From a virus, in IMG/VR virus record IMGVR_UViG_3300005099_000475, positions 6,274-70,273 of that record: 64,000 nt of DNA. The stretch is one strand, 5' to 3'. Both the position numbers and the translations under genes were made by a program. This document shows, in pieces, positions 1-8,508 of this stretch. Under the pieces are notes generated by a model. That model was given only the letters and a program-made list of their open reading frames with translations, made no database searches and was not told where the DNA came from. Numbering within the stretch: position 1 is the stretch's first letter; the number at the start of each line of letters is the position of its first letter.

Positions 1-170
1 TTCGACAAATCCCCTTCGTAATACCATCCCCAAACGTTCGGGTATTTCGTCCTGATTTCCACATATTGAACATCTGGATAGAAATTAAAGGCGATCTTTT
101 TTCCCTTCATGTTTGCTTCCAAAACCAATCTGAATAGATTTTTCAATCTTTCTTTTGTAATGTAATTCAT
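1..170 (-). CDS. hypothetical protein, truncated by window edge
   Basis: ATG at 170 preceded by GGGGTG; open frame MNYITKERLKNLFRL... runs to the window start. Confidence 0.55.
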   Translation of the reverse strand, partial: MNYITKERLKNLFRLVLEANMKGKKIAFNFYPDVQYVEIRTKYPNVWGWYYEGDLS

Positions 171-193
171 TCCGCACCCCCAAATCTTCTAAT

Positions 194-808
194 TTACATT
201 ATAATCTTTTTCTTCTCTTTGTCAACCCAAATTCCGTAAACGCCTTTTCTGAAATTGTGGTCCCTGTCGATCGTTTTCACTTTTATCCATCTTTTGTTTC
301 TTCCTTCCGTCCACATAGCGTTGTAATTACGAATGACCAACCCTTCGTAATTCCGTTCTATTATCCACTCAAAAATCAATTTCTCTATTTCTTTCCAATT
401 ATCGCAAACCCAAAACGGGATGGCGAATTCTTTATGTTTATTAAGAAATTCTACTGTTCGTTCAAAATCGGCGTCCAAAATTCCGAACAATTTAATGTTT
501 AAGTTATCATCCGATTTGTTTCTTAACAAATTATGAAAATCTTCTTTATTCCTTCCTTCACCGTAATGTAACTCGCCGAGATAGATTCCTTCCGGCAATG
601 TTTCCAACCGGTTCAAAGCGGGAAAATCGAATCTATACCTGCCGTATTTCGCCTTGTTTACACAACAAACCGAATCGTTCTTTCTTATGATGTAACACAA
701 TTCTCCATCTAACTTGACGGAAACTAAGCATGGAAATCTTATGTCTTTCCTACTTCCCCTAAATTTGCATTCAGGCAAATCGTAATCCTTCTTCAAATAT
801 GTTATCAT
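194..808 (-). CDS. ATP-dependent DNA ligase (adenylation domain only)
   Basis: Motif I KLDGE, motif III LGEL, motif IV YEGLVIR, motif V WIKVK. Confidence 0.8.
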   Translation of the reverse strand: MITYLKKDYDLPECKFRGSRKDIRFPCLVSVKLDGELCYIIRKNDSVCCVNKAKYGRYRFDFPALNRLETLPEGIYLGELHYGEGRNKEDFHNLLRNKSDDNLNIKLFGILDADFERTVEFLNKHKEFAIPFWVCDNWKEIEKLIFEWIIERNYEGLVIRNYNAMWTEGRNKRWIKVKTIDRDHNFRKGVYGIWVDKEKKKIIM

Positions 809-820
809 CCCGACACCCCC

Positions 821-848
821 TTGACAAAATCTCTTTCCTTATTAAATT
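821..848 (+). promoter_or_regulatory. sigma70-like promoter
   Basis: TTGACA (821-826), 16-nt spacer, TAAATT (843-848), upstream of the SNF2 helicase in a divergent intergenic region. Confidence 0.55.
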
Positions 849-863
849 TATATCCAAAATGAA

Positions 864-2573
864 TTGAAATCAAGGGGGTGCAAATTGAATTTAAATCTCT
901 TCAAATTACTTTCCGAATCAAATCGAAAAAATCAGGCTAAGCCAGAAACCATCAAGGGGCTCGTTTGGGAGGCCGAATATAATTTGGAAACGTTCAATTT
1001 CAAATTCAAAGGTCACGAAGAAATCTTTAAAAGATGTGTAGAATTATGTAAGCAATATCCGAGAGGATTCTATCTAAAAGAAGACAAGAAATGGTGTCTT
1101 CATTTTCCCATTTATCGATTGGAAAAAGAAAAAATGAAAGAAATTTGTCGATTATTACAAAATCCGGAAATTCTGAAAAATAACCTCGAAAAAAATGTTC
1201 AAAAACTAATTCTTTCTCAACATGATTATACTGCGGATTCTTACCCGATTTCCTTCGAACATAAACTTTTCGATTTTCAAAAAGAAGCGATAAATTTTAT
1301 CTATAACAACTGCGGAAAAGCTCTTTTGGCCATGACCATGGGAACAGGAAAAACGATCGTCGCATTGGGTTACATAGACAAAGTGGGATTCGACAGAATA
1401 TTGATAGTTTGTCCGGCTTCGCTGAAAATTCATTGGCAAAGGCACATCGAAAGTTGGTTAAAAGAAAAATCTTTCATCGTAAATTCGGGAAAAGACGAAA
1501 TTCCCGACGAAAGGTTCGTTATCGTAAATTACGACTTATTAGTCAAATTGGAAGAACGGCTCAAAGAATACAAACCCGAATTGATTGTATTCGACGAAAT
1601 TCATTTTATCAAAAACCAAAATGCCAAACGTTCGCAAGCGGCAAAAAACATCTCCATCTATTCTCGATTCAAAATCGGACTTACCGGAACTCCAATTTTG
1701 AATAGACCTACCGAAATCTGGAATCCCATAAAAACCTTGGACGCGAACTTGCTTCCCGGATTTTGGACATTCGCGAGACGATACACATATATCCAACAAA
1801 CAAGATGGGGAGTTCAATTCATAGGGGCGAAGAATCTGGACGAATTGAGAGAATTCTTAAAAAAGACGATCGTTTACAGAAAAACATTAGAAGAAATTAG
1901 TGAATTCGAACTTCCACCGTTCAAACGGATTTTGGTTCCGATCCCGAAAACGAAAGCGATGCGAATGTTAGATGAATCTTTACTGAAATCCGTTATAAAA
2001 GGCAGATGGACAAGAGAAAAATTTTCGAAAGTCATGACTTCATTGTCCGAATTCAGGCAGAAAGCATTGGAAATAAAACTGCCGTTCGCGCTGGAATTTG
2101 TCGAATCGCTGCTGGAAAACGAAGATAGAATAGTCATATTTCTATGGCACAAAAAAGCGGTCGAGGCATTGAAGCAATTTTGCAACAAACGTTCGATTCC
2201 TTATTCTATCCTGATCGGCGAAACCCCAATTAAAGCGAGACAAAAAGAAGTCGACAAGTTTCAAAACGGAGAAAGCAAAGTTTTTATCGGAAACATAATC
2301 GCTGCCGGAGTTGGACTTCAACTTACGGCCGCTTCAACGGCGGTCTTTTTGGAAGTGGATTGGGTCCCGGGAAATCTCATCCAAGCGGAAAAAAGACTTC
2401 ATAGAATCGGAACGAGAAAATTCGTGAAATTTTACTATTTGGTTTTAGAAGGAACGATAGAGGAAAGGATGATAAAACTTCTAAACAAAAAAGCAGAAAT
2501 CGCCCACGAAATTTTGGATAAAGATAATTTAGGGGATTATGTGAACCTGTTTAAAGAATTACTGGAAGTTTAA
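864..2573 (+). CDS. SNF2-family (SMARCAL1/HARP-like) helicase
   Basis: MGTGKT Walker A, VCPASL, FDEIH, LTGTPILN, GVGLQLT and QAEKRLHRIG motifs. Confidence 0.92.
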   Translation: MKSRGCKLNLNLFKLLSESNRKNQAKPETIKGLVWEAEYNLETFNFKFKGHEEIFKRCVELCKQYPRGFYLKEDKKWCLHFPIYRLEKEKMKEICRLLQNPEILKNNLEKNVQKLILSQHDYTADSYPISFEHKLFDFQKEAINFIYNNCGKALLAMTMGTGKTIVALGYIDKVGFDRILIVCPASLKIHWQRHIESWLKEKSFIVNSGKDEIPDERFVIVNYDLLVKLEERLKEYKPELIVFDEIHFIKNQNAKRSQAAKNISIYSRFKIGLTGTPILNRPTEIWNPIKTLDANLLPGFWTFARRYTYIQQTRWGVQFIGAKNLDELREFLKKTIVYRKTLEEISEFELPPFKRILVPIPKTKAMRMLDESLLKSVIKGRWTREKFSKVMTSLSEFRQKALEIKLPFALEFVESLLENEDRIVIFLWHKKAVEALKQFCNKRSIPYSILIGETPIKARQKEVDKFQNGESKVFIGNIIAAGVGLQLTAASTAVFLEVDWVPGNLIQAEKRLHRIGTRKFVKFYYLVLEGTIEERMIKLLNKKAEIAHEILDKDNLGDYVNLFKELLEV

Positions 2574-2636
2574 CCTAATTATAAGTGATCCTCCTAAAAC
2601 CTATTTAGTAATCTATTCTCTTTTCCAAGAATTCTT

Positions 2637-3545
2637 TTACTTCCAATAAATCTTATCTTTTCTTATTTCCATTATTCCTATATCCTCAAAAATCGGACAA
2701 ATTCGAAATATTCTGGGGGAAATTTTGTATCCCCAATACCATTCAGGACCGTTAGCTTTATCATAAAATTCCTTTGAATTATCAAATCCAAAATCTTTGA
2801 TTATCTTTTCGTCCACGATTCTCTTCCAATACTCATAATCATTAGAACGAGCTAAATAAATGTATTTTTCAGCCGGATGGGAAAGAAAGCTAAATGCTTT
2901 AATGCCAGCGAATGCCAAGCTATTGGTCGCAGCTTCCGAACAAAATTCTCTTTTCTTATCTATATCCTTATGTTTCTTAAAAATGTCCAAAAAAGGACCT
3001 AAAACAAACCAAACCAAACCAGCCAAAGAATAAGCTTCTTTTCCTTTTCTTTGCTTCCAATATAAATCTATTTTTTCCTTGGTTTCCTTGGGAACTTTAA
3101 GTAATTTTAAATATACTCTTGTATTGATATAATTTTCAAAAATATTTTCTTTTTTAACTTTTGGCCAAGTAGCAGAAATCATATTTCCAACCGATGTACA
3201 ATCTTTCCTACTTAAATGTTTATTTACCTTTAATTCATCTATTAATTCTGATAATCCTTCCGGATTCAACGAATAACCGACATGAGTCGCCCTTCCCCAT
3301 GTTCGCAACTGGATCAATAACTGTAATGGCATGAATCTTTTTATGCCCAAAGGTTCAAAAACCAAATAAATCACTTCGGTTTTATGAATTTCATCCGATT
3401 TATCTCTGACATTCGTTTTGCTTTTTAGCGGTGTTGAATGTAAAATTTCCCAACACTCTTTGCATAAATAACCATAATAAGGGGACCATTTCAAATCCTT
3501 GGTTATCAAACCGCAGCAATAACATTCATCGTTTCTCCTAACCAT
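2637..3545 (-). CDS. permuted papain-like (YiiX/YaeF, NlpC/P60) protein with N-terminal Cys-rich finger
   Basis: THVG precedes FCSE (permuted His/Cys order); N-terminal CYCC...CKEC. Confidence 0.55.
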   Translation of the reverse strand: MVRRNDECYCCGLITKDLKWSPYYGYLCKECWEILHSTPLKSKTNVRDKSDEIHKTEVIYLVFEPLGIKRFMPLQLLIQLRTWGRATHVGYSLNPEGLSELIDELKVNKHLSRKDCTSVGNMISATWPKVKKENIFENYINTRVYLKLLKVPKETKEKIDLYWKQRKGKEAYSLAGLVWFVLGPFLDIFKKHKDIDKKREFCSEAATNSLAFAGIKAFSFLSHPAEKYIYLARSNDYEYWKRIVDEKIIKDFGFDNSKEFYDKANGPEWYWGYKISPRIFRICPIFEDIGIMEIRKDKIYWK

Positions 3546-3981
3546 AACGACCTCCTCTTGAATCTTTTTCTCTCAAATAATCCAATACTTGTTGCAATCC
3601 AACATATTTTCCGTTCAACATGCCCCATCTCGCCCGATAGCCACGAACATCCAAATGGAAGCCAGGATGATTCCACTGTGGATAAACCCCCAAACCGACG
3701 AATTCGTCGACCTGTAATCCGGCTAAGAGTTCCAAAGTTTTTATTACTTGAATAAAAAACGATTCATTGGTTGCGATGTGAAAGTCGACAGCCATTCCTT
3801 TGTAATGAAAAGAGTGCTGGACGTGCTTTCCCTGAGTCCCGCAATGTATTACAAACGGCGCTTGCCATAAGTCTCTTAAATTGTCCAAAAGCAAAAGCAA
3901 AGTTCCGTTTATCCTCCAGTATTCCCCCCAGTTTTCGTCCGGGGAAAAATATCGTAATCTATCCCATATTTTCCTCATCAA
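3538..3981 (-). CDS. peptidase M15 (YcbK-like) Zn peptidase, probable endolysin
   Basis: SFHYKGMAVDF (SxHxxGxAxD) and FHLDVR (HxD) motifs. Confidence 0.85.
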   Translation of the reverse strand: MMRKIWDRLRYFSPDENWGEYWRINGTLLLLLDNLRDLWQAPFVIHCGTQGKHVQHSFHYKGMAVDFHIATNESFFIQVIKTLELLAGLQVDEFVGLGVYPQWNHPGFHLDVRGYRARWGMLNGKYVGLQQVLDYLREKDSRGGRYG

Positions 3982-5066
3982 TTAAATCCCAATTTTTTGA
4001 CTTTTCTTTCTATCGGATCATTTTGAAGATAACTTATTATCTCGGATATGCGCCATTCATCTTTAAACGATAGACGACAATCGCTTCCAGAAAATTTTTT
4101 CGCAAATTCGTTTGCCTCATTCGACGTAAGTTTTCTGAATTCCAAATAATCGAATGTTCTTCCGCTCCTTAAGATATCTTGATCTATTTCTATCTTCGAC
4201 GAATTGAAGGTGAACAAAAACTTGGTTTCTTTGGACGAAAACGAATCTATGAAATATTTTAAATTCCTTGCGAAATCCCTTACCCAATCATCACTGTGGT
4301 TCTTCTTTATTGAAACATCCAAATCGTCGAAAATCACCAAAAACGGAGTTTTTTGCATCAGCTCTTCAAACCAAAATTCCGAAGTCGCCGCGACATCCAA
4401 ATCTTTCACGAACAGGACGTCTCCTTTCACCTTCTCGACAAACAAGTCTGCCAATTTCCACGCAAAAAACGTTTTGCCAGTTCCCGGAACGCCGTAAACG
4501 AACAAACAAGGCGAATTTGAACTAAAGAATTTTTCGGCATATTCTTCGGTATCAATGTAAGGAAGTTCTATATAGTTGGATACATCCTTCATGGGAAACG
4601 CGACGGTTCTGATGAAATCATCGAAGAAGACAAAATATACGATTTTGTCTTGTGTCTTTTTAAGAAAATCATCCAAGGTGTTCTTCATCAGTTCGTAAAA
4701 ATTCTTAAATTCTTTGAGGTCGTTCGTCCAAAAACAAAGGCCTATTTCGGAATGTCTCGCCCTTACGTAAAAGACCGAATTCGAATATTCCCCAAACAAC
4801 CACCATTCGTTGCTTTTTATTACGCAGGTTTTGTACATGTAAGGTTTCAAGTCCCGTAAGATCTTATCGAATATCTTTATATTCAACTCTTTAACCTGAA
4901 ATGACCTGCGAATCGAATGGATAAAATCCGATTCGAATAACGCGTCCATCAAGTTGACGGCAAAGGGAATCTGAATGAAATCTTCGATTCGATAAAGATA
5001 ATGAATGGGGTCGGCCAAACTAAAAGAAGTGTTGTCTCTTATTATGGACTTTAAAGTCTTGCTCAT
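3978..5066 (-). CDS. AAA+ ATPase
   Basis: GVPGTGKT Walker A, IFDDLD Walker B, LRSGRTFD arginine finger; start placed at MSKTLK. Confidence 0.85.
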   Translation of the reverse strand: MSKTLKSIIRDNTSFSLADPIHYLYRIEDFIQIPFAVNLMDALFESDFIHSIRRSFQVKELNIKIFDKILRDLKPYMYKTCVIKSNEWWLFGEYSNSVFYVRARHSEIGLCFWTNDLKEFKNFYELMKNTLDDFLKKTQDKIVYFVFFDDFIRTVAFPMKDVSNYIELPYIDTEEYAEKFFSSNSPCLFVYGVPGTGKTFFAWKLADLFVEKVKGDVLFVKDLDVAATSEFWFEELMQKTPFLVIFDDLDVSIKKNHSDDWVRDFARNLKYFIDSFSSKETKFLFTFNSSKIEIDQDILRSGRTFDYLEFRKLTSNEANEFAKKFSGSDCRLSFKDEWRISEIISYLQNDPIERKVKKLGFN

Positions 5067-5623
5067 CTCCCCGAACTTCCAAAACCTTTGTTTCCTCTTA
5101 CGGACTTCAAAATTTTTTCCCAATTGTTAAATTCGTCCGCGTTAAGAAGATATCTAATTTCCACATTCAATATCAGTCTTGGTAATGAAAATTTAAAATA
5201 CGGCACCAATACCAACTGAGCGATTCTTTCTCCCTTGCTGAAATTTGTCTTTACCTTTACGTCATTATATAAACAATCGTAAAGATAGTGAAAAACAATT
5301 TTGATTTCTCCTCGATATGACGGATCGACGGTTCCGGGCGAATTAACAATCGTAAAACCTTCCAACGCCAAACCGGAGCGGGGTCGAATCTCGGCATGAA
5401 TTCCCAAAAAAGGAGAAATAAACAGTTTGACTCCAGTCGAAATCAATTTCGTTTCCCCCATTCTAATCGAAAAATCAAAAGCCGACTTCAGATCGAAACC
5501 CGCATCATCATAATTTCCAAATTCAGGCAAAAGCTCCTCTTCTTGAGCGCAAAAAATCACCGCATTATCAAAAGAATATCCCAAAGATTTATGAATCTCC
5601 TCTAACGATTTGAAAACTCGCAT
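5063..5623 (-). CDS. dut: dUTPase (trimeric)
   Basis: AGFDL, RPRSGLA, GTVDPSYRGEI, RIAQL and RGNKGFGSSG motifs; AGGAGG before MRVFKS. Confidence 0.95.
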   Translation of the reverse strand: MRVFKSLEEIHKSLGYSFDNAVIFCAQEEELLPEFGNYDDAGFDLKSAFDFSIRMGETKLISTGVKLFISPFLGIHAEIRPRSGLALEGFTIVNSPGTVDPSYRGEIKIVFHYLYDCLYNDVKVKTNFSKGERIAQLVLVPYFKFSLPRLILNVEIRYLLNADEFNNWEKILKSVRGNKGFGSSGR

Positions 5624-5636
5624 AATTCCTCCTTTT

Positions 5637-5960
5637 TTATTTTTTCCGAACAAAATCCCACAAGGTACTTGTTATCTTTTCACGCAAAGCGCCAACGAAT
5701 TTGTCTGCTTCCTTGGTTGTAACAAACACATAAAATCCACCAACCAAGGAAAGACGATAACACAAAAAAACTCGTGGGTTCTGTAATAATGCTTCAATGA
5801 TTTCCTCGTTTTCCGATCCCCCACCAGTAGCAAAAACCCACACTCCATCCTTGTTCCCACACAAATGCTCCCACGTCCAACACTTCTGGGCAAGACTCAA
5901 AGCTTTTTGAGGCTCAGCTCTTCTCAAAAAAGCAAATAAAGCAGTATTTTCTTGCTTCAT
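5637..5960 (-). CDS. hypothetical phage protein
   Basis: ORF in co-oriented operon with GGGTG RBS. Confidence 0.6.
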   Translation of the reverse strand: MKQENTALFAFLRRAEPQKALSLAQKCWTWEHLCGNKDGVWVFATGGGSENEEIIEALLQNPRVFLCYRLSLVGGFYVFVTTKEADKFVGALREKITSTLWDFVRKK

Positions 5961-5974
5961 TATTTACACCCAAT

Positions 5975-6304
5975 TTATGCTTTCTCTTCCCCCACAGTTT
6001 TTACTTCAACCTGCCAACCCAAATACTTCAACAACTTTCCGACCACTCTTATGAATTTCGGATTTAATCTTGGAAAGTGAAACCAGATTCCTTTTTCCGT
6101 TTTTCCGATTAGATATCCCATTTCCCTTAATTCATAACAAGTCATGTGATCAATTTCAACATTTTTCAACCATAAAGTTGAACACCATAATGGATGAGTT
6201 TTCTTGAAATCATTTATTCCAAAAGTTTCCATTATCGTCCCCGTCGCCAACAAAACTCCCTCCAAATCTTCCAAAAATTCATCAATCTGTCGTCTTTTCT
6301 CCAT
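5975..6304 (-). CDS. hypothetical phage protein
   Basis: ORF in operon with GGTGA RBS. Confidence 0.6.
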   Translation of the reverse strand: MEKRRQIDEFLEDLEGVLLATGTIMETFGINDFKKTHPLWCSTLWLKNVEIDHMTCYELREMGYLIGKTEKGIWFHFPRLNPKFIRVVGKLLKYLGWQVEVKTVGEEKA

Positions 6305-6446
6305 TCACCACAAAACAAACATTAACGCTTTTGCAAAACGGACAAACAATGATTCGAATTTCTTGCTTAGGAATAGTTCTAATCTCAAAAAGTTTATTGC
6401 AGTCTTTGCATCTATAAATTTTATAGTTCTTCCAATAATTCATCAT
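6282..6446 (-). CDS. small zinc-ribbon protein (not in ORF track)
   Basis: MMNYWKNYKIYRCKDCNKLFEI...VCPFCKSVNV; fills the gap between neighbours with overlaps. Confidence 0.6.
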   Translation of the reverse strand: MMNYWKNYKIYRCKDCNKLFEIRTIPKQEIRIIVCPFCKSVNVCFVVNGEKTTD

Positions 6447-6879
6447 CGTTCCCTATTAACTTTCTAAGTTTTTTGTCGAACAAGTATTCTTCAAACAATT
6501 CTTTGTTGCTTCGCGCCAAAAGAAGCAAAACCATTCCGTCTCCCTTAAGAGCATCCTCGATTACGACATTTTTTAAAATGTTCGCCACTTTATTGTAAGG
6601 AAGTCCAACCATTCTCGCCAGTTCGGATTTGGTTTTTCCTCCCAAAAAATGGGAGACCGCCAAGGCCTGTTTCAATAAGGTCTTCCTCAAACCTTCAGCC
6701 GACGGGAGTCTCAGAAGAAACTTCTCTTCCGATTGGACCAAAGTAACGAGCTTCAAGGCGTTCTCCATTCCTATCAATTGGGCCAATTGAAAGAAAGACA
6801 AATCGACGGTTTTGTAAGACGCGACCGTCTTCTTCGGTTTGCTGATCAGTTCCTCTATTACTTCCCTCATTTCTCCCAT
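6421..6879 (-). CDS. HTH protein, Mor/late-activator-like
   Basis: QLIGMENALKLV segment and KSELARMVGLPYNKVANIL HTH-like segment. Confidence 0.5.
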   Translation of the reverse strand: MGEMREVIEELISKPKKTVASYKTVDLSFFQLAQLIGMENALKLVTLVQSEEKFLLRLPSAEGLRKTLLKQALAVSHFLGGKTKSELARMVGLPYNKVANILKNVVIEDALKGDGMVLLLLARSNKELFEEYLFDKKLRKLIGNDDELLEEL

Positions 6880-7124
6880 AAGAACCTCGTTATTCTTCTC
6901 CTCACGATATCGACGCTTTTTCTCAATCCAACAGGAACTCTCAGATAAACGTCGACCAAAGTATCAACCCCGAACTCTCTTTTCAACCACATTATGTCCT
7001 CTTTCGAAAACGCAAAGTTGTGCAATCCCAAATCCAAAAAATCCTCAAGCTTCATTTTATCATAATCCATTCCTTGTAAATACAAATAATTTCTCAACCA
7101 ATCTTTATAGCTTTTTCTACCCAT
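6867..7124 (-). CDS. hypothetical phage protein
   Basis: ORF overlapping neighbours in operon. Confidence 0.55.
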   Translation of the reverse strand: MGRKSYKDWLRNYLYLQGMDYDKMKLEDFLDLGLHNFAFSKEDIMWLKREFGVDTLVDVYLRVPVGLRKSVDIVRRRITRFLWEK

Positions 7125-7459
7125 TCCAAGAAATCCTCAAAAGGAAGCAAAACATAAGTCGGACTTCGATTCCTCTTCATGACCAATAACCACTTGCCAA
7201 AACCATACCTTTTGGCCGATTCTTCGGTAATTCTAATCCATTTGGGAATCTCCCACTTTTCCTGATTTTTGCATTCGATATAAACCGGAAATTTCCGTTT
7301 TGCTTCCCCGATCAAAACGACATCGGAACCGGATTGACTCATAGGACGCGATTGAACCAATTCGTCTTTGCCTGCAGGAAGCTTCAAAACTTTGGCCAAC
7401 GCCTGTTCGACGTGTTGTTGCAATCTTCTTCCTTTCGCCTTTTTGCTTGAAGTCTTCAT
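7094..7459 (-). CDS. PD-(D/E)XK Holliday junction resolvase-like endonuclease
   Basis: KAKGRRLQ, GSDV and IECKNQEKW motifs. Confidence 0.8.
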   Translation of the reverse strand: MKTSSKKAKGRRLQQHVEQALAKVLKLPAGKDELVQSRPMSQSGSDVVLIGEAKRKFPVYIECKNQEKWEIPKWIRITEESAKRYGFGKWLLVMKRNRSPTYVLLPFEDFLEWVEKAIKIG

Positions 7460-7668
7460 AGAAGAAAAACCTGACGACAAAATGGACAATACTCCTCTTT
7501 TCTTCCGTTTTCTAAAGTTATTCCCACTTTCTTAACCTCTTTCTTGCACCAAGGACAATAACAAACGAAAGTTCCGTCGTCCCTTTTCGCTATCTCAGCG
7601 AAACCTATTCCGTCTATTATTGATTCGAATTCGTCAAAATGACCGTCGTGATAATAGATTCTTTCCAT
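7456..7668 (-). CDS. small zinc-finger protein
   Basis: CPWC...CPFC; GGAGG RBS. Confidence 0.65.
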   Translation of the reverse strand: MERIYYHDGHFDEFESIIDGIGFAEIAKRDDGTFVCYCPWCKKEVKKVGITLENGRKEEYCPFCRQVFLL

Positions 7669-7678
7669 TTTTTCCTCC

Positions 7679-8491
7679 TTATTCTTTTGTTCTCATATAC
7701 ATTGCCAATTCCTTAGCTTTCTTTTCCTCCCTTAGCTTGTCGCACTGCTCGGGAGTGTAATCGGGGTTGTACAGAAATTGATAACAAACCGAATCCAACC
7801 AATCATAGATTCTAAAGGCGGGAATAAAATATCCCATATGAGTCACCGCCGAACCGCCGAATCCGATAAAAACGACAGAAATTCGAGACGGAATTCCCAA
7901 AAATTTCCATGTTCCGTTTTCATTAACGTAAACTCCGCCTCCCGAATTACCAAATACAGATGGAGCAGACGACAACCAGAACTCATAGTTGTCTATTTCT
8001 ATCTGAATTCCGTTAAGGTTGCCGAACGTAACGACGGGTTTTTCTCCCAACGCAGCTCCACAACAACAAAGCGGAACGAGCAATGGAACGTTTTTGGCTT
8101 CTTCGTGCGGATAAAGTTTTGCAGTATTATACTGAATATTATCCCTAACTTTTAGGAGAGCTATATCCTGTTCCTTACTATAAGCGATAATATCCGCCAA
8201 AACGGAAGTAGAGGCGATATATCTTCCAGTATCATCGTATCTTCCTACATTCAATTCAACTGGCGAAGTAAAATCCCTCTTCACGTCTTTCTTAATTATA
8301 TTATCCCATACCTGCTTGTACTCAATATTCTTCTCGATTACGTGATGATTAGTAAGGACATAAGTTTGGCCATCTTTAGAGTAAATTATCGTTCCGGAAC
8401 CAATCGCATCCTTGGCGAGAATCCTAACACTTGGCTTCAAAACCTCGTCCAAAACTTTTCTTCTCAAACTTTCGCTTAAAATCATTTCCAC
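7679..8491 (-). CDS. trypsin-like (S1) serine protease
   Basis: GSGTII, LTNHHVI (His), DIALL (Asp), GNSGGG (Ser). Confidence 0.9.
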   Translation of the reverse strand: MEMILSESLRRKVLDEVLKPSVRILAKDAIGSGTIIYSKDGQTYVLTNHHVIEKNIEYKQVWDNIIKKDVKRDFTSPVELNVGRYDDTGRYIASTSVLADIIAYSKEQDIALLKVRDNIQYNTAKLYPHEEAKNVPLLVPLCCCGAALGEKPVVTFGNLNGIQIEIDNYEFWLSSAPSVFGNSGGGVYVNENGTWKFLGIPSRISVVFIGFGGSAVTHMGYFIPAFRIYDWLDSVCYQFLYNPDYTPEQCDKLREEKKAKELAMYMRTKE

Positions 8492-8508
8492 CTCCTTTTT
8501 TTCACTTA

